From Clostridiaceae bacterium BRH_c20a (GTDB taxonomy: Bacteria > Bacillota > Peptococcia > Peptococcales > BICA1-8): a DNA stretch of 64,000 nucleotides. Location: NCBI GenBank assembly GCA_000961765.1, contig LADT01000042.1:40907-104906 (forward strand). The letters are read 5' to 3'. A program made the translations under genes and the position numbers. Below, piece by piece: positions 37,845 through 47,179 of this stretch (positions are counted from its first letter, which is position 1; every line of letters starts with the position of its first letter). The notes beneath the pieces were generated by a model. The model did no database searches. It was not told the DNA's origin and worked only from the letters and a program-made list of their open reading frames with translations.

Positions 37845-39284
37845 CTAAAGACCTTCATTTTTCATAAAAGCCCGCAATGCTTCCAAAAATATTTTCATGG
37901 GCGGTCTAACAATACCGGCACCTACCTGACCGATACCCGGTTTTTTATGAGCTATACCTGTATTAATAATTGGTAAAATTCCTGTTTCGACAACCTTGCT
38001 AATATCTATGCCGGTAGCCACCCCTTGGAAGTTTAGGTTAGGCATAGGCAAGTTGGCGTTACGGGTAACTGTGATTTCTCCCATACTCTCGGAATATTTG
38101 ATAGCCGCACTAACTGAGCCGGCTCCCACGAAGTTAACAACTGCCGGGGCACAGCCCATTGCAAAACCACCAATACCGATACATTCCACAATAGTGCTAT
38201 CACCCATATCGGGGTTAGCATCTTCCTCAGTATAGCCCGGGAAATATAAACCTTCCGGCATATTAACCGGTGCTGTAAACCAGCGGGAACCTAAACCACT
38301 GACATTGATACCAAATTCCACACCATTTCTGCTCATAGCTGTTACCACAGTGCTGTGAGGAATATCTCTAGCTGAATCCATTATGGCCTTTGAGGCTACC
38401 ATAGCCAAATTAAGGAAAAATTGATCATTTTTCTTAGCGATAAACTCTACTATATCTTTGGCATCTTCCCGGCCGGCTACCTCTTGGGATAATTCGCCAC
38501 TAATAGTACGATAAAAGAGCAGGCTTGCTGCTACGTTACGTTGATGCATTTCATCACCCATAGCTAGAGCTTGGGCTATAATGTTTTTAAGGTTAACCCC
38601 GCCGGCTTTTTTAATGGCTTTATCCAGCACAGGAGCTAAGACCTGTTCCAACCATTTTAAACGGGTAATAACCTTTTCGCCATTAGCGCCAAAACGCATA
38701 ACTTCGCCCAAACCTTCATTAATTGTACAATAGCCATAATTGCCATAAGTTTCATTTTTCACCACGAAGACAGGCATTGAATATGAAATCATCCCGGTCA
38801 TCGGGCCAACAGCACCGTGATTATGATTAGGACTATATTCTATTTTTCCTTGTTCCATTAAAGCTACTGCTTCTTCTTCAGTTTGGGCCAAGCCCTCATA
38901 GCGGATAGCTCCAATAAAGGCTCCTTGCATAGGTCCACACATGTCTCGCCAAGCCACAGGAGGTCCTGCATGAAAGATAGAATTTTTCTTCATTTCCGGA
39001 AAAACCTCATGAGCTGGTTTTACACCAATTAATATCGGCTGACTGGCCATTATTCTTTCCACAGCTATTTTATTTGCCTGTTCAACCCGGGTAAGGCAAT
39101 TTTCATCCTTTTCCATTAACTGCAGATGAAAAAGCAAATCAACAATCTCGGCATCACCCTGAGCAGGCGGTCTCCAGTCTAAGCCTATAAAGGGTGTATT
39201 TGTATCACTAAAGGCCTTAGTGAAGTTATCTAGGCCAATATTTACAACTCTCAGTTCTTCGGGTACATTTTTTAATTCAGTCAC
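37845..39284 (-). CDS. DUF1116 (YlbE-like) protein, copy 1
   Basis: 479 aa. Paralog of 40862-42301, sharing VVNIGLD, HAGPP, VGPMTG, NPDMGDS and MPNLNF. Each copy follows an FdrA-like gene, as with E. coli fdrA-ylbE. Confidence 0.75.
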   Translation of the reverse strand: MTELKNVPEELRVVNIGLDNFTKAFSDTNTPFIGLDWRPPAQGDAEIVDLLFHLQLMEKDENCLTRVEQANKIAVERIMASQPILIGVKPAHEVFPEMKKNSIFHAGPPVAWRDMCGPMQGAFIGAIRYEGLAQTEEEAVALMEQGKIEYSPNHNHGAVGPMTGMISYSMPVFVVKNETYGNYGYCTINEGLGEVMRFGANGEKVITRLKWLEQVLAPVLDKAIKKAGGVNLKNIIAQALAMGDEMHQRNVAASLLFYRTISGELSQEVAGREDAKDIVEFIAKKNDQFFLNLAMVASKAIMDSARDIPHSTVVTAMSRNGVEFGINVSGLGSRWFTAPVNMPEGLYFPGYTEEDANPDMGDSTIVECIGIGGFAMGCAPAVVNFVGAGSVSAAIKYSESMGEITVTRNANLPMPNLNFQGVATGIDISKVVETGILPIINTGIAHKKPGIGQVGAGIVRPPMKIFLEALRAFMKNEGL

Positions 39285-39299
39285 CTTTTGAAACCCCCT

Positions 39300-40865
39300 T
39301 TATATATTTTTAATTAGATCACCCGCTAGTTTGGCAGCATGGGCATTGGAAGGCATAACGATAACTCCCGCCGCTACTAACTTTGCTACCTGTTCTTTGC
39401 GGGAGGGACTATCATTATCTGTACCACAAACAGAAGTAACCAGACTAACACCCAGGCTTCCCGCTTTTTCTGCTTTAGCTTTGTTTATTATTTGCACAAC
39501 CTCTCCCGCTGGATCAGGGTGGGAACCATAGCCGATAACCAAGTCAAAAATCACAACTGCTGCGTCCGGATCAAGTATCTCCCGGTAGAGCCTGTTATTT
39601 TTCATAGTGGGGTCAATCATAGGATGGGGTTTGCCCACAGTAAATTCGTCTTCTCCCATATCCAAAAAAGTGTGTTTTTGACTTTTTTGATTATCAGGTA
39701 AAGAATGCATGCCTTTTAAGGGAATATTTGAATATATGTCTTCTTGAGGAAGAAGGGTACCCAGGATATTCATAGTTTCATAGCAGAGACTGCCCCCGCC
39801 AAAAATACCCCGCAAATATTTTCCTTTTTCTACCTGTTTTACCCCTTTTGCTAAAAGGGCATTATAGGCAGCAGCATCACTTATAGATACTTTATCCATT
39901 TCCAATTTAGCCGTTAGGGAGTTAACAGCTAGGGTTGCAGCTTCCTCTAAAGTGCTAGTTACTAGTGCTCCTGCAGTTTTTTCAGGAGTATAGTCTTCAC
40001 AACCGGCATAATTAATGATAAAAGGTTTAGAAGAATCCTTTATTACACTGCATATTTTTTCCCTAACCTGCTCTCCTGGTGGTTTAGAAATCAGAACAAT
40101 AACCTGGGTTTGGGGGTCATTGAGAAGATACTTTAATCCAGCCAAGGCAGTAATTCCGCCAATTACATCTTTTAGATCCCGTCCACCGGTACCAATAGCC
40201 TGACTAATTCCCTGACCTAAAGCATCGATAAGGCAAGTTACCTCTTGAATTCCCGTACCTGAAGCCCCCACAATACCGATACTCCCCGTACTGACTTTAT
40301 TTGCAAAAGCCAAAGGTATACCATTTAAAATGGCTGTTCCACAATCAGGTCCCATGACCATCAAGCCTCTGCTCTGTGCCATTTTCTTTAAACGGAGCTC
40401 GTCTTCTAAGGAAATATTGTCACTGTAGAGCATAACATTAAGACCTTTGCTTAAAGCTTTAGCCGCTTCATACTTGGCATAGTCGCCAGCCACGGAGATT
40501 AAAGCCAGATTAAGCTCAGCATCTTCCAGGAGGGCGTGCTCCAATGTATTAATTATTCTAGTATTGTCACCAGCATCTTTGCTTTTGACAGAGGCTGTTA
40601 GCATTTCATTAATTTTAGCCATTGCTGATGCTAAAACATCTTCATTTGCAGAACTCACAGCTATAGCTAAATCATCGGAGTTGGCCTGGGCTAATTCGTC
40701 GGTATATAAGCCCGCAACCTTAAACAGATCTTTATTTCTCTCCGTAGCCATCATTGCTGAAGCCACCGTTACACCTTCTAATTGGCTGGCTTGGCTGGAA
40801 ATTTTCATTAGAAATACAGAGTCCCGGTAAGTGTTCTTAACAATTAAACTTTTAATAAAACTCAT
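39300..40865 (-). CDS. fdrA: FdrA-like protein (succinyl-CoA-synthetase-alpha-like CoA-ligase fold), copy 1
   Basis: 521 aa. Contains GPDCGTA, VGASGTGIQE, IGTGGRDL and GKPHPMIDP. Confidence 0.8.
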   Translation of the reverse strand: MSFIKSLIVKNTYRDSVFLMKISSQASQLEGVTVASAMMATERNKDLFKVAGLYTDELAQANSDDLAIAVSSANEDVLASAMAKINEMLTASVKSKDAGDNTRIINTLEHALLEDAELNLALISVAGDYAKYEAAKALSKGLNVMLYSDNISLEDELRLKKMAQSRGLMVMGPDCGTAILNGIPLAFANKVSTGSIGIVGASGTGIQEVTCLIDALGQGISQAIGTGGRDLKDVIGGITALAGLKYLLNDPQTQVIVLISKPPGEQVREKICSVIKDSSKPFIINYAGCEDYTPEKTAGALVTSTLEEAATLAVNSLTAKLEMDKVSISDAAAYNALLAKGVKQVEKGKYLRGIFGGGSLCYETMNILGTLLPQEDIYSNIPLKGMHSLPDNQKSQKHTFLDMGEDEFTVGKPHPMIDPTMKNNRLYREILDPDAAVVIFDLVIGYGSHPDPAGEVVQIINKAKAEKAGSLGVSLVTSVCGTDNDSPSRKEQVAKLVAAGVIVMPSNAHAAKLAGDLIKNI

Positions 40866-42301
40866 GGTTTTCCCCCTTTCCCTTTAGAATTCTCCATATT
40901 TTCAGCAAAGGCCTGAAAAGCCCTAATAAATACATCCTTGGGTGCTCTAGCCATACCGGCTCCGATCATACCCACTCCCGGCTCCTTGTGGGAAATAGCT
41001 GTGTTGATGATAGGCTCAATTCCACTTTCCACCACTTTTAAAATATCAATTCCGGTAGGTGTACCCCGAAAATTCAAGTTAGGCATAATAAACTGCCGGT
41101 TTTCGGCAAGGGTTATTTCATACATTTCATGGGTGTTAGCAAAGGCATCATAAGCGGTACCTGTTCCTAAGAAGCGAATTATCGCCGGTGCCGTAGCCAT
41201 TGCAAAACCACCCAAGCTATAGGTTTCCATAATGGCACTATCACCCATGTCAGGATTAGCGTCTTCTTGAGAGTACCCTGAAAAATACAGGCCATTGATG
41301 CGATTAGCAGGTGCAGTAAACCACTGGTCTCCTAAACCGCTGACTTTTATGCCAAATTCGTAGCCATTCCTGGCCATAATAGTAACCAAGGTACTTCCCG
41401 GAATATTATGAGCAGCCTCCAAGGTAGCCTTACCAGCTGCCATAGCTAGATTTAAGAAAATCTGATCATTATTGATGGATATAAATTTCAAAATCCTAAT
41501 TAGCCTTTGCTGGTCAGTACAAACCTCAGCTAATAAGGGCGAGAGGTAACGGACATACAGTGCGGCAGTAGCAGCATTGCGCATATGCAATTCATCACCC
41601 ATAGTCACCGCCTGAGAAATAACCACCTTCAGATTTAAACCCCCTGAAAGTTGAATAGCCTTTTTCAATTCAGGAGCAAGTTCATTTTCTATCCACTTTA
41701 ACCTATCTACTACTTCTTGGGAATTAGCACCAAATCTTAAGACCTTACCCATCCCTTCATTGATAGTAGTGTAGCTGAAATTACCATAGGTCTTGTTTTC
41801 TACAACATAGAGGGGCATCGAATAGGAAGTAATACCTGTCATCGGACCAACTGTATGAAAATCATTACAGGAAGCAAATTTAATTTTGCCCTCTTTAAGG
41901 AGATTTTCGGCCTCCTGGTCATCTTTAGCCAGGCCTTCGTACTTCAAGGCCGCAAAGACACCGGCCCGCATAGGTCCGCACATGTTTTCCCAGCCTACAG
42001 GAGGGCCGGCATGGAGTAAAGTGTATTTGTCCATACCAGAAATAACCTCATGGGCCGGCAAAATATCCATTAACACGGGCTGGCCATTTTGCACTATTTC
42101 AATAGCCTTTTCATTAGCCTCGCTAATTCGGTCTTTACTGCTTTCCAATTTAGTTAATAGGTTAAGCATTTTTTTATCCCCAGCCGGTGGCCGCCAGCTA
42201 AGATTTATGTTGGGTACATTTTGTTCCTCCAGATCTTGAGGAAAAATATCTAAACCAATATTTACCACCTGTAATTCGCTGTTTAAAAGATTGTTCTTCA
42301 T
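40862..42301 (-). CDS. DUF1116 (YlbE-like) protein, copy 2
   Basis: 479 aa. 4-nt start/stop overlaps with both flanking fdrA-like genes. Confidence 0.75.
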   Translation of the reverse strand: MKNNLLNSELQVVNIGLDIFPQDLEEQNVPNINLSWRPPAGDKKMLNLLTKLESSKDRISEANEKAIEIVQNGQPVLMDILPAHEVISGMDKYTLLHAGPPVGWENMCGPMRAGVFAALKYEGLAKDDQEAENLLKEGKIKFASCNDFHTVGPMTGITSYSMPLYVVENKTYGNFSYTTINEGMGKVLRFGANSQEVVDRLKWIENELAPELKKAIQLSGGLNLKVVISQAVTMGDELHMRNAATAALYVRYLSPLLAEVCTDQQRLIRILKFISINNDQIFLNLAMAAGKATLEAAHNIPGSTLVTIMARNGYEFGIKVSGLGDQWFTAPANRINGLYFSGYSQEDANPDMGDSAIMETYSLGGFAMATAPAIIRFLGTGTAYDAFANTHEMYEITLAENRQFIMPNLNFRGTPTGIDILKVVESGIEPIINTAISHKEPGVGMIGAGMARAPKDVFIRAFQAFAENMENSKGKGGKP

Positions 42302-43869
42302 TTACCTCCCCCTTTATCTGTTAAATTTTGCACAATTTCCACCGCTAAACGGGCAGCCTCAGCATTAGAGTTCATAACAATAACACCGGCACTTTCCAGT
42401 TTTTCTATCTGCCCCTCATAGTCTTGGGGGTCATCTTTGGTACCACATAGGGAAGCAATAAAAGAGATGTGTCTTTCTTCCTGGAGGGCTATTTCCTGAG
42501 CCTTTTTAATTTTTGGCACCAACGCCCCAGCAGGGTCACTATGGGAACCATATCCCAGCACAACATCTAATAAAATGACCGCAGTCTCAGGGTCCTTGGC
42601 TTCCACCAGGATTTTTTCAGCTCTCAGACTAGGGTCAATCATGGGATGGGGTCTTCCTTGGGTAAACTCATCATCTCCTAAGTCAATAAACGTATTTTCC
42701 CGGGACTTATCTGAAGCACCTAGTTTTAACTGTGGTTTTAAAGGCACATTAGAATAAACATCACCGATGAAGCTCTGGGAAATTAAAAGAGCTTCATAGC
42801 AGAGGGTACCTCCCGAGAACAAACCCCTGATATATTTTTGCTCGGCATTAAACTTTTCACACTCACCATTAGCGATTTCCCTTAGTTCAAAGCATTCTTC
42901 ATTCAGACTTTTTTCAATATTAGCACTGCCCTTTGAAACTGCCAAAGCTAAAGCTGCTGTTTCTTCCAGAGTGTGGCCAAAATAAATATCCTTCTTCGCC
43001 ATAGTTAAAATACTGCCGCCTAAGAAACAGACCACAACAGGTTTCTCTATACTACTGATAGTTTCGATAATTTTCTTTTCTACCATAGGGGAGGGTGGTT
43101 TGGAAACCAAGACAATAACCTTGGTTTTCTCATCCTCGGTCAACATCTTAATCCCTTGCAGCATGGTACTACCGCCCACCGCCTCTTTTAAGTCCCTGCC
43201 CCCTGTACCGATGGCATGGGAAATACCTCCACCTTTTTCTGAAATCAAACAGGCTATTTCTTGCAGTCCAGTCCCCGAGGCAGCAACTATGCCGATATCA
43301 CCGTTTTTAACAACATTAGCAAAGCCAATACCCTTGCCGTTGATGTAGGCTGTACCACAATCAGGACCCATCACCAAAAGACCTTTTTTAGCACTTTTCT
43401 CTTTAAGCTCAATCTCTTCTTCCAGGGATACATTATCACTGAATAGAAAAACATTGAGCCCATTATCCAGAGCTTTATGGGCTTCTCGAGCTGCATATTC
43501 ACCAGGTATAGAAATAATAACTAGATTAGCCTCCGGCAATTTTTCTAAAGCTTTAGCTAAACTCCTAATGGGTACATTAGACCGTTCGACATCTGAGCCC
43601 GGTTTATTTAAAGCCTTGTCGATTTCTTCCAATACCTTTTGCTGACATTTTTCATCCAAACATTTAATACAAATAAGCATATCGGAAGATGAAGCCTTTT
43701 CACCTTCAGCATTTAATAGGTCAGCCTGCCTTAAAATTTCTTTGTTATTATCGGTAGCCATCATCACGGCTGCTTCTTCTACTTCTTCCAGAACAGACAC
43801 TTTTTGCGTAATGGACATTAATGTTACTGAATCATAGTAAGTGTTTAACTTAACTATATTAGTTAGCAT
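42298..43869 (-). CDS. fdrA: FdrA-like protein, copy 2
   Basis: Start trimmed to MLTNIVKLNTYYDSV (RBS AAAAGGAGGG). Contains GPDCGTA, VAASGTGLQE, IGTGGRDL and GRPHPMIDP. Confidence 0.8.
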   Translation of the reverse strand: MLTNIVKLNTYYDSVTLMSITQKVSVLEEVEEAAVMMATDNNKEILRQADLLNAEGEKASSSDMLICIKCLDEKCQQKVLEEIDKALNKPGSDVERSNVPIRSLAKALEKLPEANLVIISIPGEYAAREAHKALDNGLNVFLFSDNVSLEEEIELKEKSAKKGLLVMGPDCGTAYINGKGIGFANVVKNGDIGIVAASGTGLQEIACLISEKGGGISHAIGTGGRDLKEAVGGSTMLQGIKMLTEDEKTKVIVLVSKPPSPMVEKKIIETISSIEKPVVVCFLGGSILTMAKKDIYFGHTLEETAALALAVSKGSANIEKSLNEECFELREIANGECEKFNAEQKYIRGLFSGGTLCYEALLISQSFIGDVYSNVPLKPQLKLGASDKSRENTFIDLGDDEFTQGRPHPMIDPSLRAEKILVEAKDPETAVILLDVVLGYGSHSDPAGALVPKIKKAQEIALQEERHISFIASLCGTKDDPQDYEGQIEKLESAGVIVMNSNAEAARLAVEIVQNLTDKGGGK

Positions 43870-44018
43870 GTCATCCCTCCTTTTGTTAATCATCGGGATT
43901 AAGAGTTAATCCCATAAGCTTGCCTATTATCTAAAATTGTAGCACGACACTAATCCTCAGTCATTGTCAGTGGAATCAATTTTCGCCTTGGTTTGTTGTG
44001 CACATTGTACAAAAGGAA

Positions 44019-44231
44019 GGGGACACACCTGCTGATACTGAGACAGTTTTTTAGCCAGGAATGTCCCCATTAAAGTGAAAAAACCTGCCTCGGCAGGTTT
44101 TTTGGGCAAAAACAGTGAAAGGGGACACACCTCCCTACAGAGTAATACTTTGCGGTCAGAGGAATGTCCCCATTAAAAAGAAAGGGGACGCACCTGCTGA
44201 GACTGAAAGTTTTTTAGCCAGGAATGTCCCC
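44019..44231 (+). repeat. Three same-orientation copies (44019-44068, 44121-44171, 44184-44231) of a ~50-nt hairpin element GGGGACRCACCT-N24-27-AGGAATGTCCCCATTAAA
   Basis: Read directly from the sequence. Copies 1 and 3 are near-identical including the loop, while copy 2 has a different loop. Related copies lie at 58383-58430 and (degenerate) 58176-58208. Confidence 0.85.
44078..44103 (-). terminator. Rho-independent (bidirectional-looking) terminator downstream of the PucR gene
   Basis: AAAAAACCTGCCTCGGCAGGTTTTTT: a perfect GC-rich stem flanked by A and T runs. Confidence 0.75.
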
Positions 44232-44274
44232 ATTAAAATAGTGCTACAGAAAAAAATTAAGTGAAATAGAGGAG

Positions 44275-45948
44275 CTATTCTGTTTCATTGTTTAAAAGCC
44301 CCTTTAGTTTCAAGGCCAACTGCAGTTTGAGTAAAGTATTATAATCATTTAAATCCATATTTAATATTTCTTTAATCTTGTCTAAGCGATAGGTAAAGGT
44401 ATTGCGGTGAATAAACATCTCCTTGGCAGCCTCAGAATAATTAAAATTACAATGAAAATAGGTTTCTAAGGTTTTTACCAGATCCATTTTATTATCTTTG
44501 TCAAAAAGCATTAATTTTTCAATACTTTCATGATAAATTTCTTTAAGCTTAGCTTTATCCAGTGAGTTTAAGAGGTGTTCAACAAAAAAATCTTCAAAAT
44601 AGAGCAGACAATCCTTCTTTTGTTGCATCTTAGCCCCTAATTTGATTGCCTCTACAGCATTAGCATAGCTTTCATGGACCAACAGGGCATTTTTAATGGT
44701 ACCCACTCCGATGGAAACAGTTAACCCACTGATATTTTTATAAATATGAGACTTTATGTCATAGGCTAACTGTTTAGTAATTTCCCGACTTCTCTCCTTT
44801 GGATTGTGTTGCAGGATAATAACTATCTGGTCACTCTGACTAAAGGTTACCGCTTTAAGATTATTATTGGCTAATATTTCATCTACCAGGGCTGAAAGCT
44901 TTCTTTTCAACTTCTGGGCACGGAAATCACTGCCTTCCATTTCTTCCAAATAAATCTTTGTAAAATGGTCTACATCCAAGACCATACAAATATAAAAGGA
45001 ACTTGGATTGATTCCATAAGCGGTACCTCTTCTAGCTAAAATTTCCCGGGATTTTATATTGCCTGATAAATAATCACTAAAAAAGTCTACTTTTAGTCTA
45101 TTGCGCATTTCGGAAAAGGCCGTATTTTTTAACAACTCTAAGCCCACTACGGTAGCTGCATGTTCAATAGCGACAATATCCGGCTCCTCTAGTTCCTCCA
45201 CATTTTGCCAGATGGTAATATGTCCGTACAGTTTCTTTTCGGACATAACCAGATAAATTATCCGCTTAATCTCATGGTCATCAATAAAAATTTTGTCCTC
45301 TAGGTATTTCCTGTTTCCGTTGATAATCTCCTGCATAGTCTGATTATCAATAGGACTTTCAAAAATCAAAAGTTTACTTAAGGGAATTTGTGCTTCAGGA
45401 TGATTATACAAGCTTAAGCTTTTCCAGTTGGCATCAGAAATGGAAATGCTATTATTGACAAAGCTCGACAATAACTCGGCAATCTCATTGAGTCCGCCGC
45501 CCTTTAAAGCCAGTTTGGTAAACCAGTCATGTATTTGGTGGGACCTTTCAATTTTCCTGGCTTGACAGACTAATATTTCTTTCATCATCTCATTCATGAT
45601 TTCTGCAATATTATCTTCAAAGGGGATTTCTATCAAGGGTAAACCTTCCTGATCGGCCAAATCAATCATGTGTTGAGGAATGGTTCTAAAAAACCTTTTC
45701 ACTTTAATGCCTAAACCGGCACATTTTTTTTCGTTTAGATCGAGAATAAGCTGTTTTTGTTCATTAATATCATTACGAATAAAATATCCTGTGGTCACAA
45801 TAAACTGATTTTCCTTGGTCCAGTTAACAAAATCGGGGGCATCCATCTGATTGACCGAGCTGATCATTCTGTCTACGCCTCTGCTTCCGCCTATTACTTT
45901 ACACCCTTTTAATGCTTCCAACTTTAAGGCCTCAGACACCTTGATCAT
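44275..45948 (-). CDS. PucR-family transcriptional regulator
   Basis: 557 aa. N-terminal PucR-type domain, a GGDEF-like middle region, and a C-terminal HTH (YSEAAKEMFIHRNTFTYRLDKIKEIL). Confidence 0.85.
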   Translation of the reverse strand: MIKVSEALKLEALKGCKVIGGSRGVDRMISSVNQMDAPDFVNWTKENQFIVTTGYFIRNDINEQKQLILDLNEKKCAGLGIKVKRFFRTIPQHMIDLADQEGLPLIEIPFEDNIAEIMNEMMKEILVCQARKIERSHQIHDWFTKLALKGGGLNEIAELLSSFVNNSISISDANWKSLSLYNHPEAQIPLSKLLIFESPIDNQTMQEIINGNRKYLEDKIFIDDHEIKRIIYLVMSEKKLYGHITIWQNVEELEEPDIVAIEHAATVVGLELLKNTAFSEMRNRLKVDFFSDYLSGNIKSREILARRGTAYGINPSSFYICMVLDVDHFTKIYLEEMEGSDFRAQKLKRKLSALVDEILANNNLKAVTFSQSDQIVIILQHNPKERSREITKQLAYDIKSHIYKNISGLTVSIGVGTIKNALLVHESYANAVEAIKLGAKMQQKKDCLLYFEDFFVEHLLNSLDKAKLKEIYHESIEKLMLFDKDNKMDLVKTLETYFHCNFNYSEAAKEMFIHRNTFTYRLDKIKEILNMDLNDYNTLLKLQLALKLKGLLNNETE

Positions 45949-45981
45949 TTCTCAAACCCTCCCTAAATCAATCCATTTAAT

Positions 45982-46194
45982 CTAACCTCCGGCGAGAACT
46001 GGAAGGACCTGAATGAAATCATCTTCCTCCAGCTCAAAATCTAAATCATTTACTATTCCAACATTGTTTCTTAATACCAGCACATCATTAAAGGAAACCT
46101 CCAATAAGTCTAATAGTCCCTTTAGGTTCATGGGGCCTTCAATATCTAAATCCTTCCTGTATGGATGCAAAACTTTTATTTTCAGCTGCCTCAC
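45982..46194 (-). CDS. Small MoaD/ThiS-like beta-grasp protein with C-terminal Gly-Gly
   Basis: 70 aa ending ...IQVLPVLAGG, the same C-terminal signature as 6261-6548. Confidence 0.55.
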   Translation of the reverse strand: MRQLKIKVLHPYRKDLDIEGPMNLKGLLDLLEVSFNDVLVLRNNVGIVNDLDFELEEDDFIQVLPVLAGG

Positions 46195-46212
46195 CCCATT
46201 TTTTACTATTAA

Positions 46213-47124
46213 CTATCCCAAATATTTTCTTGCTAAAAAATCCAATCCTAAATAAACGCCAGTCAGAAAGTCCTTACCTGAGGAATGACCAATAACAGCA
46301 ATAACAGGTAAGCAATCCCTGAATTGTTCCAGGTTATCTTGGTTTAAAGCTTTTATAAGCAGGTATATGGGCTGAGAGTAATAGTTTTGAAAAAAGTAAG
46401 CAATAAATTCAAAACTAATTTCCGTAGTAGAGGCTCTAGCCAAATGTAAAATTTCATCTTTTATACTTTCTACTATTCTACTATATTTTTCTTGTACTGT
46501 AAGTATGGTTAAAAAGCCTAACAAAAGATCATCTCCACTGGGTGTCAAGCCTATACCCAAACCCAATAACTGATCTATCCCTTTAATTATGAGGGTTTTA
46601 TCCTGATTTAGAAAGCCCTGCTTAATTTCTTCAGCAGCTGCGGATATTTTTTGCGCTAAAGCCTTCTCAATAGCAGTTAAGGCATTACTCTGGTCCCAAG
46701 CTATCAGAAAATGATAAAGATTTACCGGGCTTTCCCGTAGAAAATCCTTCATAGCCTTTAGATAATCAGAATAACATATGCTGTGTTTTTTTATCTCAAT
46801 TTTAGTTGAAAACTCTTGGGCACCTGCTAGGGAAAATGTATTTTCCCCGATTTGTATGTTTTGGTCCACAAGGCTTAAAACGGCTGTCTCGCCGGGTTTA
46901 AGGGATAAAAGAGTAAAATCATCAATTTCTGGTGAGCATAAACAGCTCATGGGTGTCTTGGCAACTTTTGCATTTTGCAGGGTTAAGAGTGGGCCCATAC
47001 GGGTTTTAATATTACAGGAAGAATTAAAGACCGAATGAACGGCACCAAATAGTCCACTAGAAGAATTCAATAAAAGCTTTGCCATTGGTGAACTTATTTC
47101 TGTAATTGGATAAACTCTGCCCAT
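46213..47124 (-). CDS. DUF2877 (YlbF-like) protein
   Basis: 303 aa. The motif GLGIGLTPSGDDLLLGFL is the signature I associate with DUF2877, the third component of the E. coli fdrA-ylbE-ylbF set. Confidence 0.65.
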   Translation of the reverse strand: MGRVYPITEISSPMAKLLLNSSSGLFGAVHSVFNSSCNIKTRMGPLLTLQNAKVAKTPMSCLCSPEIDDFTLLSLKPGETAVLSLVDQNIQIGENTFSLAGAQEFSTKIEIKKHSICYSDYLKAMKDFLRESPVNLYHFLIAWDQSNALTAIEKALAQKISAAAEEIKQGFLNQDKTLIIKGIDQLLGLGIGLTPSGDDLLLGFLTILTVQEKYSRIVESIKDEILHLARASTTEISFEFIAYFFQNYYSQPIYLLIKALNQDNLEQFRDCLPVIAVIGHSSGKDFLTGVYLGLDFLARKYLG

Positions 47125-47179
47125 AAGCCCTTTCCTCTCATTTAGTTTTAAAAAAAGCGCCTTAAAAGACGCTTTTTTT

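Noticed and set aside
43981-44000. PucR-box-like sequence TTTCGCCTTGGTTTGTTG upstream of the fdrA operon
   Set aside because: Only the CTTGGTT core resembles the B. subtilis PucR box (WWWCNTTGGTTAA). It is a single copy and out of register with the flanks, which is too weak to call a binding site.
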